64,000 bases of DNA from Candidatus Latescibacterota bacterium. Its GTDB lineage: Bacteria > Latescibacterota > UBA2968 > UBA8231. The number at the start of each line of letters is the position of its first letter. Positions within the stretch are counted from its first letter, which is position 1. Positions 27,018 to 36,414 of this stretch are shown in pieces. The notes below the pieces were generated by a model. It had not been told where the DNA came from. It saw only the letters and a list, made by a program, of their open reading frames with translations, and made no database searches. Location: positions 3,040,001 through 3,104,000 of the forward strand of contig OZ242214.1 of NCBI GenBank assembly GCA_965206595.1, read 5' to 3'. A program made the position numbers and the translations under genes.

Positions 27018-28154
27018 CTATAGCCCCTCCACGGTTCCCTCGATAAGGAGGTCGACCACGGCCCGGAGGGCCTCCTCCCGCGGCTTACCGGACTGCAGCG
27101 CCCTCCGGTAAGCCTCCCTCTGCAGGTGCGAGCTGGTCCCCCGCTGGAGGATCCTGCGCGCGTGTTCCACCTCGGCGACGCACTCGAACTGTTCGGCGTC
27201 TTCGCGGACGAGGTCGAGGAGCTCGTCGATCAGCTGCGCATACCCCACGATCTCGCCGCGGCCGAAGTCGACCATGCCTTCGTCGAGGCCGTAGCGCTGC
27301 GCCCGCCAGCGGTTCTCCTCGACCAGGAACGAAGGGTAGATCCGCCAGCGCTGGTTGTCGCGGCGGAGCCTGAAGAGCAGGCGGCAGATGCAGCGGAACA
27401 GGGCTGCGCAGCAGAGCGCATCCTCCAGCTTCGTGCAGACATCGGTGATGCGCATTTCGACCGTGGGGAAACGGGCGCTAGGGCGCACGTCCCACCACAG
27501 CTTCGTCGCGTCCTCGATCAGGCCGGCCGAGACCATCAGGCCGACCGTGCGCCTGAATTCCCCGTAGCTCTCGAAGCGTTCGGGCAGGCCCGTGCGCGGC
27601 AGCTCGTCGAAAACGCAGAGGCGGTACGACTGCAGGCCGGTCTCGGTCCCCTCCCAGAACGGCGAAGAGGTGCTCAGCGCCAAGAGGTGCGGGAGGAAGT
27701 AGGATACCTGGTTGAGGATGTCGATCCGCAGGTCTTCGTCCTCGATGCCGACGTGGACGTGCATCCCGCAGATGAGCAGCCGCTGCGCGACGACCTGGAG
27801 ATCCTTGTGCAGGATTTCGTAGCGCGGCTTGTCGGTGTGCTTCTGGTCCCGCCACCGGGCGAAGGGATGGGTGGAGGCGGCGATCGGGGCGAGTCCGTGA
27901 CCGCCGGCGATCCCGGCCACGGTGCCCCGCAGGTGCTTGAGTTCCTCCGCCACCTCCCGGATCGATCCGCAGACGGAGGTCCCGATCTCGATCTGGGGAC
28001 GCAGGAACTCCGGGCTGAAGTGCCCGGGAAGCCGGGCCTCGAACTCCTCGATCAACCCCTGGGGCAATTCGCCGACCAGGTTCCGGGAACTCCGGTCGAC
28101 CAGCAGGTACTCCTCTTCGACGCCGATGCTGAAGCTCGGCTCCCGCAGGGACAT
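27018..28154 (-). CDS. ybdK: YbdK-type carboxylate-amine ligase (glutamate-cysteine ligase 2 family)
   Basis: IGVEEEY, CGMHVHVG, LALSTSSPFW, WWDVRPS, EMRITD, ENRWRAQRYG. Confidence 0.9.
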   Translation of the reverse strand: MSLREPSFSIGVEEEYLLVDRSSRNLVGELPQGLIEEFEARLPGHFSPEFLRPQIEIGTSVCGSIREVAEELKHLRGTVAGIAGGHGLAPIAASTHPFARWRDQKHTDKPRYEILHKDLQVVAQRLLICGMHVHVGIEDEDLRIDILNQVSYFLPHLLALSTSSPFWEGTETGLQSYRLCVFDELPRTGLPERFESYGEFRRTVGLMVSAGLIEDATKLWWDVRPSARFPTVEMRITDVCTKLEDALCCAALFRCICRLLFRLRRDNQRWRIYPSFLVEENRWRAQRYGLDEGMVDFGRGEIVGYAQLIDELLDLVREDAEQFECVAEVEHARRILQRGTSSHLQREAYRRALQSGKPREEALRAVVDLLIEGTVEGL

Positions 28155-28191
28155 CAGCGCACCTCCCTGTTCATGCTGCAGCCGGCAGGCC

Positions 28192-28986
28192 CTAGAACTC
28201 GACGGTCTCCTCCGGCTCGAGCACGATCGCCTCGACCTCCGGGGCGTGTGTTTTCAGCGCCTCGAGGAAAGCATCCGGGTTCGGGTCCATGGTGTCGAAG
28301 ACGCCGTAGTGGGCCGGGATGACGTACCTCGGGTTGATCATGCCGACGGCGTACCCGGCGCTGTCCCCGCCGACCGTGAAGCCGCCGCCGCAGATGTTGA
28401 GGATCGCCAGGTCCGGCTTGTAGTAGTCGCCGATCACCAGCTTGAGGTCGGAGCAGAGGCCGGTGTCGGAGGAGATGTAGACCTTGAAGCCGTTCTCGAA
28501 CTCGACGACGAAGCCGATCGGGTCGCCGACGTCGTGGCCCTTGGGGCGGCCGTCGTCGAGCAGGACGATCTCCGAGGAGGTGTGCTCGCAGTGGACGCCG
28601 GAAACCGAGATGCCGTCGATCGGCGGCAGCGGCCCGCGGTTCATCCCCCAGCCGTTGTTGCAGAAGTTCTCCAGCCCGGTGTGCTCGCGGATGTAGACCG
28701 CGGTCTCCACCGGCGTCAGGATGATCGGGTCGAAGCGCTCGGAGAGGGCGGCGATGTCGCCGAGGTTGAGGTGATCGAAGTGGGCGTGGGTCTGCAGGAT
28801 GATGTCGACGTTGCCGAAGGCGCCGACGTCCTGCTTGTACTTGTCCGGCACCGCGGGGTTGCCGTCGGGGAAGAAGTCGTTGCCGGTGAGCCAGGGATCG
28901 ATCAGCAGCACCTTGCCCTGCGGCGAGGTCAGCTTGAGGGTGGCGAAGCCGATCATCTGCACCTGAACTTTTCCGTTGCCAGCCAT
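28192..28986 (-). CDS. Metallo-beta-lactamase-fold hydrolase (UPF0173-like)
   Basis: LLIDPW, THAHFDH, IPAHY. Confidence 0.85.
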   Translation of the reverse strand: MAGNGKVQVQMIGFATLKLTSPQGKVLLIDPWLTGNDFFPDGNPAVPDKYKQDVGAFGNVDIILQTHAHFDHLNLGDIAALSERFDPIILTPVETAVYIREHTGLENFCNNGWGMNRGPLPPIDGISVSGVHCEHTSSEIVLLDDGRPKGHDVGDPIGFVVEFENGFKVYISSDTGLCSDLKLVIGDYYKPDLAILNICGGGFTVGGDSAGYAVGMINPRYVIPAHYGVFDTMDPNPDAFLEALKTHAPEVEAIVLEPEETVEF

Positions 28987-29412
28987 GGCGTGTCTCCTTG
29001 CGAAATGTGATGGTCTGTCAATCCTGTCCGCCGTGAGGTAAACAACTGCCATTCACCTCCCGGCGCTACCGCGGCGCGGGCTCTTCCCCGCGCTCGCGGG
29101 GGGCGGGAACCTTCCCTGAGGTGAAGGTGGTCAACACCCTCGCCAACCACATGAGAAGCTGCCCGACCGGGCACGTGCTTCCGGGGCAGCGGCCTCCTCG
29201 GACCGGTGGAGCTGCAGTTCCTGCGCCGGGTCGAGCTGAGGGCACCGCGCAGGTAACCTGCCCTGCGGGAACGGCATGAGGCGTTAGGACAGGGAGGGTC
29301 CTTTGATGTAATTCAGTCGGTCCTGCAAACTGCTACCGGGGGTAGCAACCCGGTCGTCCCGAGCCCGGGCGCGGTGTCCTGGGACAAGGCAGCGCATAAA
29401 GGGATTCGCAAC

Positions 29413-32169
29413 ATGTACCGGAACTGGTTGTTCGGAGCAGTCGCCGCAAGCGCCCTCCTGTCGGCAGGCGCTATGGCAGATGAAGACTTCCTCGGCGGCA
29501 ACGGCGGTTTCGAGCTGGGGAATTTCAGCTCCTGGACAATCGTCAGCGGCCAGGGGTGGGATGTCGTCGAGTTCGATCATCCCGGCAAGAGCGGACGCTT
29601 CTACGCCACGACCTGCAACGAGATATGGCCTGGCAACGGCGGCTGCAAGAACGGCAACGGCGAGCGCGACACCGGCGTGCTATCCTCCAAGGTCTTCACC
29701 GCTCCAGGGGGATTCCTCGAGTTCAGGATCTCCGGGTTCAACGGCCCCTCCTGCGACAACAACCTCAGCCAGATCTCGCTGAGACGAGCTTCCAACCACG
29801 AGGAGCTTCGGGAAGCCCTGCTTCCCTGCCAGAACCCCTTCAAGCTGCACCGCTGGAGCCTCGAAGACCTCGCCGGGGTGGAGGTCTATGTCCGGGTAGA
29901 GGACGCCGATGCCCAGTCCGGGTGGGCGTGGATCGCAGTGGACGGATTCCGCTTGACGAGCGAACCGACCGACAGCCTCGCCCCTGCCGCCTCGGACAGC
30001 GCGCTCTCTCTTGCCGATCTCTCGACAGGCGAGATCACCTTCACCTCACGCCCGGCCGGCAGTCATACGATCAATACCATCGACGGAAGCGGGGTGAGGC
30101 GGGCAGTCCCCCACGTGGTCTGGAAACTCTGGAACCCCTCCTGGTCGCCCGACGGACGGACGCTGGCCGCGGTTTCGAATCGCTACACCTCGAACCAGGA
30201 GATATACCTGTTCCATTTCGATTCTGACGGCCGCACCGCCGGGCACCGGGCCCTGACGAACCATCCCGGGTCGGACTACCAGCCTGCATGGTCCCCGGAC
30301 GGCCGCCAGATCGCCTTCATTTCGGATCGCACCGGAGAGGGGGACCTGTACCTGGTTTCCGCCGAGGGGGGCGATCCGCTTCAGCTGACTCAGGGAGCGC
30401 CGGCCTCGCATCCCAGCTGGTCGCCGGACGGCCTGCGCATCGCCTTCTCCAAGGAAGGGGACATCCGCTCCGTCGATCCCATATCGGGAGCCGTCTCCGT
30501 CCTCTCCGATGCCCCGGAGTGGGAGGGGTATCCCGCGTGGTCTCCCGGTGGGGGCCGGATCGCGTACTCCGCCGACGGGGAGCTCGCGGTCCTCGACCTG
30601 GGGCAGGGAACCGCCCGCCGGATCACTCGAGGCTTCTCTCACGTATCGGACCCGTCCTGGTCGCCGGACCAGGGGTATATCGCCTTTGCCTCGAGCCGCG
30701 AGGGCGCTCCGGATATCTATCTGGTAGAAATCGCCTCGGAACGCATGGCGCGGATCACCCATGCCCGCGACACCTGGGGTAACCGGGACCCCGTCTGGTA
30801 TCCCGGAGCAATGGCCGTTCCCACCCCCCCACCAGTGAAGGTGCCGCCACCCCCCGGGAGCCGCACGGAAGTCGAGGCGACCATCCTGGGCGACGGGGCC
30901 GCGGGCCTGACCCTCGAGTTTTCACGCGCCATCTCCGGCCGCCCCGCCGACTACGCGTGGAGGGCGGTCACCGACTCGGCTGGCCGGGTGGATCTCACTA
31001 TTTCCAGCGCCGACCGGGTAACCGGCTTCTACCGCGCCCGCGCCCGCAACACAGGGGGAGAGGTGGTGGCCAGTTGGTTCAGCATTCCCCTGAACGAAGG
31101 GCGCCGCCAGGTTTTGGAGCTGACTCTGGGAGGCGGGGTACGGGTGGTGGCGGTTGAACGGCTCAAGCCCGCGAGAGAAGAGGTGCCGCGGAAGCAGCCC
31201 GGGTTGATTGCCCACTACCGCTTCGATGGAGACGCCCGCGACGCCAGCGGCAACGAGTATCACGGAACCATGCTGGGGCCCGTGCCCACCCGGGACCGCT
31301 TCGGCAAGGAAGACGGCGCCGTTCTCTTCAACGCGGCCGACCACCGGATCGACCTTCCGCACCAGGTGCTCGACGGCCTGTTCGACGTCACCGTCTCCTT
31401 CTGGCTGAAGACCTCCAAGTCCGGAGCGCAAGCCATCGTCAGCGGCGCCAACCGGAGCAACGACAACGAGCACATCGTCTTTTTCATCAGCGAAAGCCGG
31501 TTCCGCTTCTACTCGCATGGCAGGTTCGGACAAGGCCAGCCCTGGTGTGACGTCGACATCGAGCCGATCGACGACGGCGCCTGGCATCACTTCGCCGTGG
31601 TCCGCAATACCTCGGAGGGCAACGTCGACTTCTTCGTCGACGGCGTCGGCTATACCGATCAATGCGGGTACCTGGAGTACGGAAAGCTCGTCATTGATGC
31701 CGGAGGGCTCATCCTCGGCCAGGACCAGGACCGGTTGGGCGGGGGGTTCGACTCCAGCCAGGTTCTCAGGGGCATTCTGGACGACCTCAGGATTTACGCC
31801 AGGACGCTGTCGGCCGCCGAGGTGCAGGCGCTCTTGGGGGAGGAAAACTCACCCGCCGCGGGCGGGCAGGTGACGGCTCTTTCCATACCGGCCTCAGGCG
31901 GCCTTGAGCCCAGCTTTCCCAACCCCTTCAACAGCTCCACGCAGGTCCCCTACCGCCTGGCCGGCCCAGGAATGGTGCGGCTGGAGATCTACAACGTCCT
32001 CGGGCAGCTGGTACGCACCCTGGTGAACGAAGTCCAGCCCGCCGGCTCCCACCAGGCCGGCTGGGACGCCCGCGACCGGCATGGCGCGCCGGTGGCCGCG
32101 GGAGTCTACCTGGCGCGCCTGCAGTACCCCCACCGAGTGGAGACGCGGCGGCTCCTCTACCTCGAGTAA
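29413..32169 (+). CDS. Secreted multidomain protein: jelly-roll-like module, PD40/TolB-like propeller, unknown domain, LamG/pentraxin, FlgD/T9SS-like C-terminal domain
   Basis: Signal peptide; six P-x-W-(S/Y)-P repeats; HYRFDG...WHH...LGQDQD...DDLRIY; FPNPFNSST...IYNVLGQLVRTL...GVYLARL. Confidence 0.85.
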   Translation: MYRNWLFGAVAASALLSAGAMADEDFLGGNGGFELGNFSSWTIVSGQGWDVVEFDHPGKSGRFYATTCNEIWPGNGGCKNGNGERDTGVLSSKVFTAPGGFLEFRISGFNGPSCDNNLSQISLRRASNHEELREALLPCQNPFKLHRWSLEDLAGVEVYVRVEDADAQSGWAWIAVDGFRLTSEPTDSLAPAASDSALSLADLSTGEITFTSRPAGSHTINTIDGSGVRRAVPHVVWKLWNPSWSPDGRTLAAVSNRYTSNQEIYLFHFDSDGRTAGHRALTNHPGSDYQPAWSPDGRQIAFISDRTGEGDLYLVSAEGGDPLQLTQGAPASHPSWSPDGLRIAFSKEGDIRSVDPISGAVSVLSDAPEWEGYPAWSPGGGRIAYSADGELAVLDLGQGTARRITRGFSHVSDPSWSPDQGYIAFASSREGAPDIYLVEIASERMARITHARDTWGNRDPVWYPGAMAVPTPPPVKVPPPPGSRTEVEATILGDGAAGLTLEFSRAISGRPADYAWRAVTDSAGRVDLTISSADRVTGFYRARARNTGGEVVASWFSIPLNEGRRQVLELTLGGGVRVVAVERLKPAREEVPRKQPGLIAHYRFDGDARDASGNEYHGTMLGPVPTRDRFGKEDGAVLFNAADHRIDLPHQVLDGLFDVTVSFWLKTSKSGAQAIVSGANRSNDNEHIVFFISESRFRFYSHGRFGQGQPWCDVDIEPIDDGAWHHFAVVRNTSEGNVDFFVDGVGYTDQCGYLEYGKLVIDAGGLILGQDQDRLGGGFDSSQVLRGILDDLRIYARTLSAAEVQALLGEENSPAAGGQVTALSIPASGGLEPSFPNPFNSSTQVPYRLAGPGMVRLEIYNVLGQLVRTLVNEVQPAGSHQAGWDARDRHGAPVAAGVYLARLQYPHRVETRRLLYLE

Positions 32170-32362
32170 GGACGTGGCGCCGCCAGCGGTCTGCAGCAAA
32201 AGGGGCCAGCACCCCGCGCGATCCCGCAAGCCCTTGCCGCGCTTTCCGGCTGCCCGGTCCCAACGAGGGCCGCCGGGAGTGCCTTCCGGCACCCCGCTCC
32301 TCGGCAGGGCCTCATCACCTCCCCGCTCTCACTCCCGGACCACCCTTCGGAAAAGGCCGACG

Positions 32363-34192
32363 TCAGCGCAGGCGCAGGCGGGCGACCAAGGGGTCGTGGT
32401 CGCTGGGGGCGCCGGAGAACTCGCAGTTGAGGTGGACGACCCCGAACCGCCGCCCGAGGTCGAGCAGGGCGCGGCTGGCCAGCATGTGATCGAGCTCCTG
32501 GGAGTTCCCCTCGTAGATGTAGGAGTAGCGCTCGGCGGCAGGCAGGCCGTCGGCGAGATTGAACAGCAGCTGCGGTCCGCCGCCGTAAGTGCCCTCCAGG
32601 ATGGCCATGGGGGCGCCGAACCGGAACTCGTTGAAGTCGCCCAGCAGCACGATCCTCGCCTCTGGGTCCGCAGCCAGCAGGCCGTCGACGTGGGCTTTGA
32701 GGAATTCGGCCTGGGCCACGCGCTTGTCCAGGCCTCCGATGGATGGCGGCTGCAGCGCCCCGAACAGCGGCGACGAGCCGCCCCTGGAGGTGAGGTGATT
32801 GTTTATCAGGACGATCCGTTCGCCGGCGAACCGGAAGGTGGCCTGCAGGGGCGTGCGCGCGCGCTCGAAGGCATCCTCGCCGTCGCCGTCCTCGAGGCGG
32901 AGGGGCTGGCCGATCAGCTCCACCCTGCCGGCATTGTAGAGAAAGCAGACGCGGATGTTGCCGCCGGGCTGGCCGCCGTCCTTCCCGTCGGCTGGGGGGT
33001 TGTCGATCGCGGAATAAGCCGGACCACCGGCGCCCGCAATGGCGTCGATCAGAGTCCGCAGGGTGCGGTCGGCCGCGGTTTTTCCGTCGTCCTCCGAACC
33101 GCTGTTGTCCTGCACCTCCTGCAGGGCGAGGATGTCCGGGCTGTTCAGGCTGCCGACGATCTGTGCGGCGAGGGCGGCGAAGCGCCCGTCCGCGATATCT
33201 GCGTCCCCGTCGCCATCGTTGGGATCGAGGTTGAGCAGGTTGAAGGAGGCGATCAGCAGATGGCTGGAGTCCCCGGCGAGGGTGGTGCCCTCCGGTTCCA
33301 GGGAGCCGGGAACCGGGGTGGGCGCCGTCGAGGGCAGCACCTCGAAATTGCCGAAACGGTAGCCGACCACCCCGGTGACGTCCCCCAGCCTGTCGCCGGT
33401 GTCGACCTCCGGCATCGATCCGGGCATCAGGCTGTCGTCGATCTGCAGGCGCTCCGGGTTGAAGTCGCCCGGGGAAAGGGTGAGGCCGCCGCGGCGGTTG
33501 CGGCCGCTGGCGCCGGCTCCGCGGTCGGCCAAAACGTAGATCTCGCCGAAGCGGGTGGTCGGTGCCACCGCCCGGGCCGCGGCGATGGTCACCCGCATGC
33601 TTTCGAGGCTCTCGTAGAAGTCGATGCCGTCGAAGACCGGGTCGAAATGTGAAAAGCCGTCGTCGTCGATGATTACCGCGGGAGGCCGGCGGCCGGAAGC
33701 CCCGACGACGACAGGGGGCGGCAGCGGGTTCCCCGACGAGGCCACGGAAACCGAGGGAGATCCGCCGACCTGGGTGACGGACAGGTTGTTGGTGCGGGCG
33801 CCGCCGGGAACGTATTCCCCGACCTTGCCGGCGACCGAGACCGCGTCCCCCGCGGCGACCCCGGGTTTCTTCCGGGTGTAGACGAAGATGCCGTCGGAGG
33901 TGAGGTCGTCCCCGTCGCCGGCGGCATCCTGCAGGTAGAAGCCGTTGGGCGCAACGGCCGTGACGATTCCCGAGGTCCGCACCCTGGCCCCGAGGTGCGG
34001 GGAGACGTGACCTGCCCCCTGGATCTCCCAGACAGCCAGCTCGCCTGCACGCGCCTTCGTTCGGCTGCCCGCGGCCGCAAAGACAGGATCGGTCCGGCCG
34101 GATGCGTCCGCGGCTCGCGCTTGCCCGGTTACGGGCAGGTTCCAGCCGAGCCACGCCGCTGCCAGCACCATCCCGGCGATTCGCCTTGGCAT
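32363..34192 (-). CDS. Extracellular nuclease-like protein (OB fold + endonuclease/exonuclease/phosphatase domain)
   Basis: EIQG...SP, GFYLQD...TSDGIFVY, SFNLLN, LQEVQD, LGDFN, LDH, SDHDP. Confidence 0.88.
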   Translation of the reverse strand: MPRRIAGMVLAAAWLGWNLPVTGQARAADASGRTDPVFAAAGSRTKARAGELAVWEIQGAGHVSPHLGARVRTSGIVTAVAPNGFYLQDAAGDGDDLTSDGIFVYTRKKPGVAAGDAVSVAGKVGEYVPGGARTNNLSVTQVGGSPSVSVASSGNPLPPPVVVGASGRRPPAVIIDDDGFSHFDPVFDGIDFYESLESMRVTIAAARAVAPTTRFGEIYVLADRGAGASGRNRRGGLTLSPGDFNPERLQIDDSLMPGSMPEVDTGDRLGDVTGVVGYRFGNFEVLPSTAPTPVPGSLEPEGTTLAGDSSHLLIASFNLLNLDPNDGDGDADIADGRFAALAAQIVGSLNSPDILALQEVQDNSGSEDDGKTAADRTLRTLIDAIAGAGGPAYSAIDNPPADGKDGGQPGGNIRVCFLYNAGRVELIGQPLRLEDGDGEDAFERARTPLQATFRFAGERIVLINNHLTSRGGSSPLFGALQPPSIGGLDKRVAQAEFLKAHVDGLLAADPEARIVLLGDFNEFRFGAPMAILEGTYGGGPQLLFNLADGLPAAERYSYIYEGNSQELDHMLASRALLDLGRRFGVVHLNCEFSGAPSDHDPLVARLRLR

Positions 34193-34386
34193 ACAGGCTT
34201 CCATTTCCTCAGCCTCCATCGCAGGAACCAATTGGAAGGAAGGGGGTCCCCCAAAGTGGCAGGATCTGGGAGCCCCAATAGATTCTGGTTCCGGTTCCAC
34301 CCCGGTCTGCCGACTCCGTGGAATTCATCGAGGCGGCCGACCGGAACGGACAGGAACCCCACATCCGACCCTGAAAAGGAGAACAG

Positions 34387-36222
34387 ATGACGATTCGATT
34401 TGCCCTGATCGCGCTCGCGATTTCCCTCTGGTCCTGTGGAGACGATGACGACGCTCCACCGGCCGCTCCGGAAGAAACGGTGCTGCGCCCGAGCGGGGAA
34501 CTGATGCCCTGGGATCTTTCCGCCGTCGTGCCGATCGACTCGGTCCGCGCCATTCCCACGGGCACCCCCCTGTACATGCGCACCGAGTTCGCCAACGGCG
34601 AGCTCGCCGACCTCGAGATGCTCTTCGTCCAGGTGGTCGACGACTTCATGCAGCCCATGCCCGTCATCATGGTGGAATCCTCGGACCCGGTCCTGATCCA
34701 GCTCGGGGGCATCGCCCGGGGCATGAGCGGCTCCCCCGTCTTTTCCGAGCAGGGCACCATGGGCGCCATCGCCTATGGATTCTCTTCCCAGGACAACCCG
34801 CCCTACTACTTCTTCGCCACGCCCATTGAATGGGTGATCGGCTCGCAGGGAACGGTGCCCGCGGCCAAACCCGCGGCCACGTGGGACGGGGCCCGTATCA
34901 CCCCCCTGGAGATCCCCCTGGTGAGCACGGGACTCCACGGTCCGCAGCCGGGGGGAGGGGGTTTGTTTCCCTTGGGTGAGGCCGTCTCCGCGGGGCTGAC
35001 CCAGGAGCGCCAGGAGAGCTTCGAGGCCGGCAGGCCCCTGGCCGTCGGTCTGCTGCTCGGTGAAACCACCAGAGGTTCGATCGGAACCATATCGTACGTC
35101 GACGGCAACCGGATATACGGATTCGGGCATCCATTTTTCGGTGTTGGTCCGGTAGAGCTTCCCATAATCGAGGCAAAGGTGCTCGGTGAAATCTCCAACC
35201 TCTCGGCTCCCTTCAAGTTCGCGACCCTGAACCCGACGGTGCGGGGAACCATAACCGAAGACCGGTTGCCCGCGGTTCGCGGCATGCTCGACCAGGAGCC
35301 GGAGTTGGTACCGATCAGCAGCATGTACACCTTTCCATCCGGGAGCCAGCTCGAGCTGACCCACCATATGCCCACGGTCGGTCTCGACTCGTATACCACC
35401 CTCAGTCTCGCCACTTCTGCTTCTTTCAGCCCTCTGTACAACAGGGTCGACGACGATCCGGACCACAGTGTTCGCGTCACGACGAATTTCTCCTTCGCCG
35501 GCTCCGACTCGGTGCTTGCCCGCACCCGCCTCTACGCGGAGCCGGATGGACGACTTTTCTCCCTGATCGGCGCTGCCTCGGGCGATTTGTCGTTCGCACT
35601 CTCCGAGCTGATGACGAGAAACGATTACGCCTTGCAGGTGGCCGAGGCCGAGGTCCACATCGAGATGATACCGGAGCCCCGCTTCGCCAAGGTGGTGGAA
35701 GTCTCCGCGGACACCGTGGCCGGCCTGGGAAGCACGCTGGCCATTACCGCTTCCCTGCGCGTGGGCCGGCGCGCCGACCGGGAAATCGGGCTGGAGCTCG
35801 CCATACCGGATACGATCCCCCCCGGCTTCTACCTGCTCGAGGTCGCTTCCGCGGCCAACCTGGTGGATGACGAGGGAGGGGATTTCGGGTTCTTCGGACC
35901 GCCGGGATTCGGTTTCGGAGACGAGGAAAAGCTCGAGGATGTTTTTGCCCGCCTGAACGAACCGGACGAAAACATCGTCCTGAAGGCCCGCCTGACGTTT
36001 TCCGCGCCGCCGCCTCCCCCGGAAATACCCGAGGGTGAACCCGGCTCGGAGGGAGAGGCTCCCGGCGATGTTCCCGACACCGGACCGGGCGACATCTGGT
36101 TCTTCGGAGATTTCTTTCCTCCCGACGGCTCCCTGCCAACTGCTTCCACGGAGCAGGAGGTGGGTCTGTATCTCGAGGGGACCCAGAGTATCGAGATCGA
36201 ACTGACGGTGGCGGAAGAGTAA
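34387..36222 (+). CDS. SpoIVB/peptidase S55-like lipoprotein
   Basis: Lipobox LWSC; GIARGMSGSPV, ATPIE, GFGHPF; RBS AAGGAG. Confidence 0.8.
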   Translation: MTIRFALIALAISLWSCGDDDDAPPAAPEETVLRPSGELMPWDLSAVVPIDSVRAIPTGTPLYMRTEFANGELADLEMLFVQVVDDFMQPMPVIMVESSDPVLIQLGGIARGMSGSPVFSEQGTMGAIAYGFSSQDNPPYYFFATPIEWVIGSQGTVPAAKPAATWDGARITPLEIPLVSTGLHGPQPGGGGLFPLGEAVSAGLTQERQESFEAGRPLAVGLLLGETTRGSIGTISYVDGNRIYGFGHPFFGVGPVELPIIEAKVLGEISNLSAPFKFATLNPTVRGTITEDRLPAVRGMLDQEPELVPISSMYTFPSGSQLELTHHMPTVGLDSYTTLSLATSASFSPLYNRVDDDPDHSVRVTTNFSFAGSDSVLARTRLYAEPDGRLFSLIGAASGDLSFALSELMTRNDYALQVAEAEVHIEMIPEPRFAKVVEVSADTVAGLGSTLAITASLRVGRRADREIGLELAIPDTIPPGFYLLEVASAANLVDDEGGDFGFFGPPGFGFGDEEKLEDVFARLNEPDENIVLKARLTFSAPPPPPEIPEGEPGSEGEAPGDVPDTGPGDIWFFGDFFPPDGSLPTASTEQEVGLYLEGTQSIEIELTVAEE

Positions 36223-36414
36223 CGGCACGAGGCACCGGGGCCGGTGGGGGGACGAAACTCCCGCCGGCCCCGGGCCATCGGGCCGGCAGTACTGATCGGG
36301 AACGACGCGGAAGGTCCGGCGCAGCCGCCGGGTTTTGCGGGGATCAGAGACCCGCTTCGGGGCAGGTTCCTCACTGATGCCGCGCTGGTTATCCCTCAAG
36401 CCATCCCTGACCAA

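Noticed and set aside
29050-29400. Intergenic hairpins (e.g. tgctacc-ggg-ggtagca) as ncRNA
   Set aside because: Short stems are expected by chance at this GC content; no family features
34129-36414. 761-aa minus-strand ORF, and similar long ORFs (57149..59431, 32157..34154, 60419..62326, 10629..12410)
   Set aside because: Antisense or alternative-frame shadows of motif-bearing genes, typical of high-GC DNA
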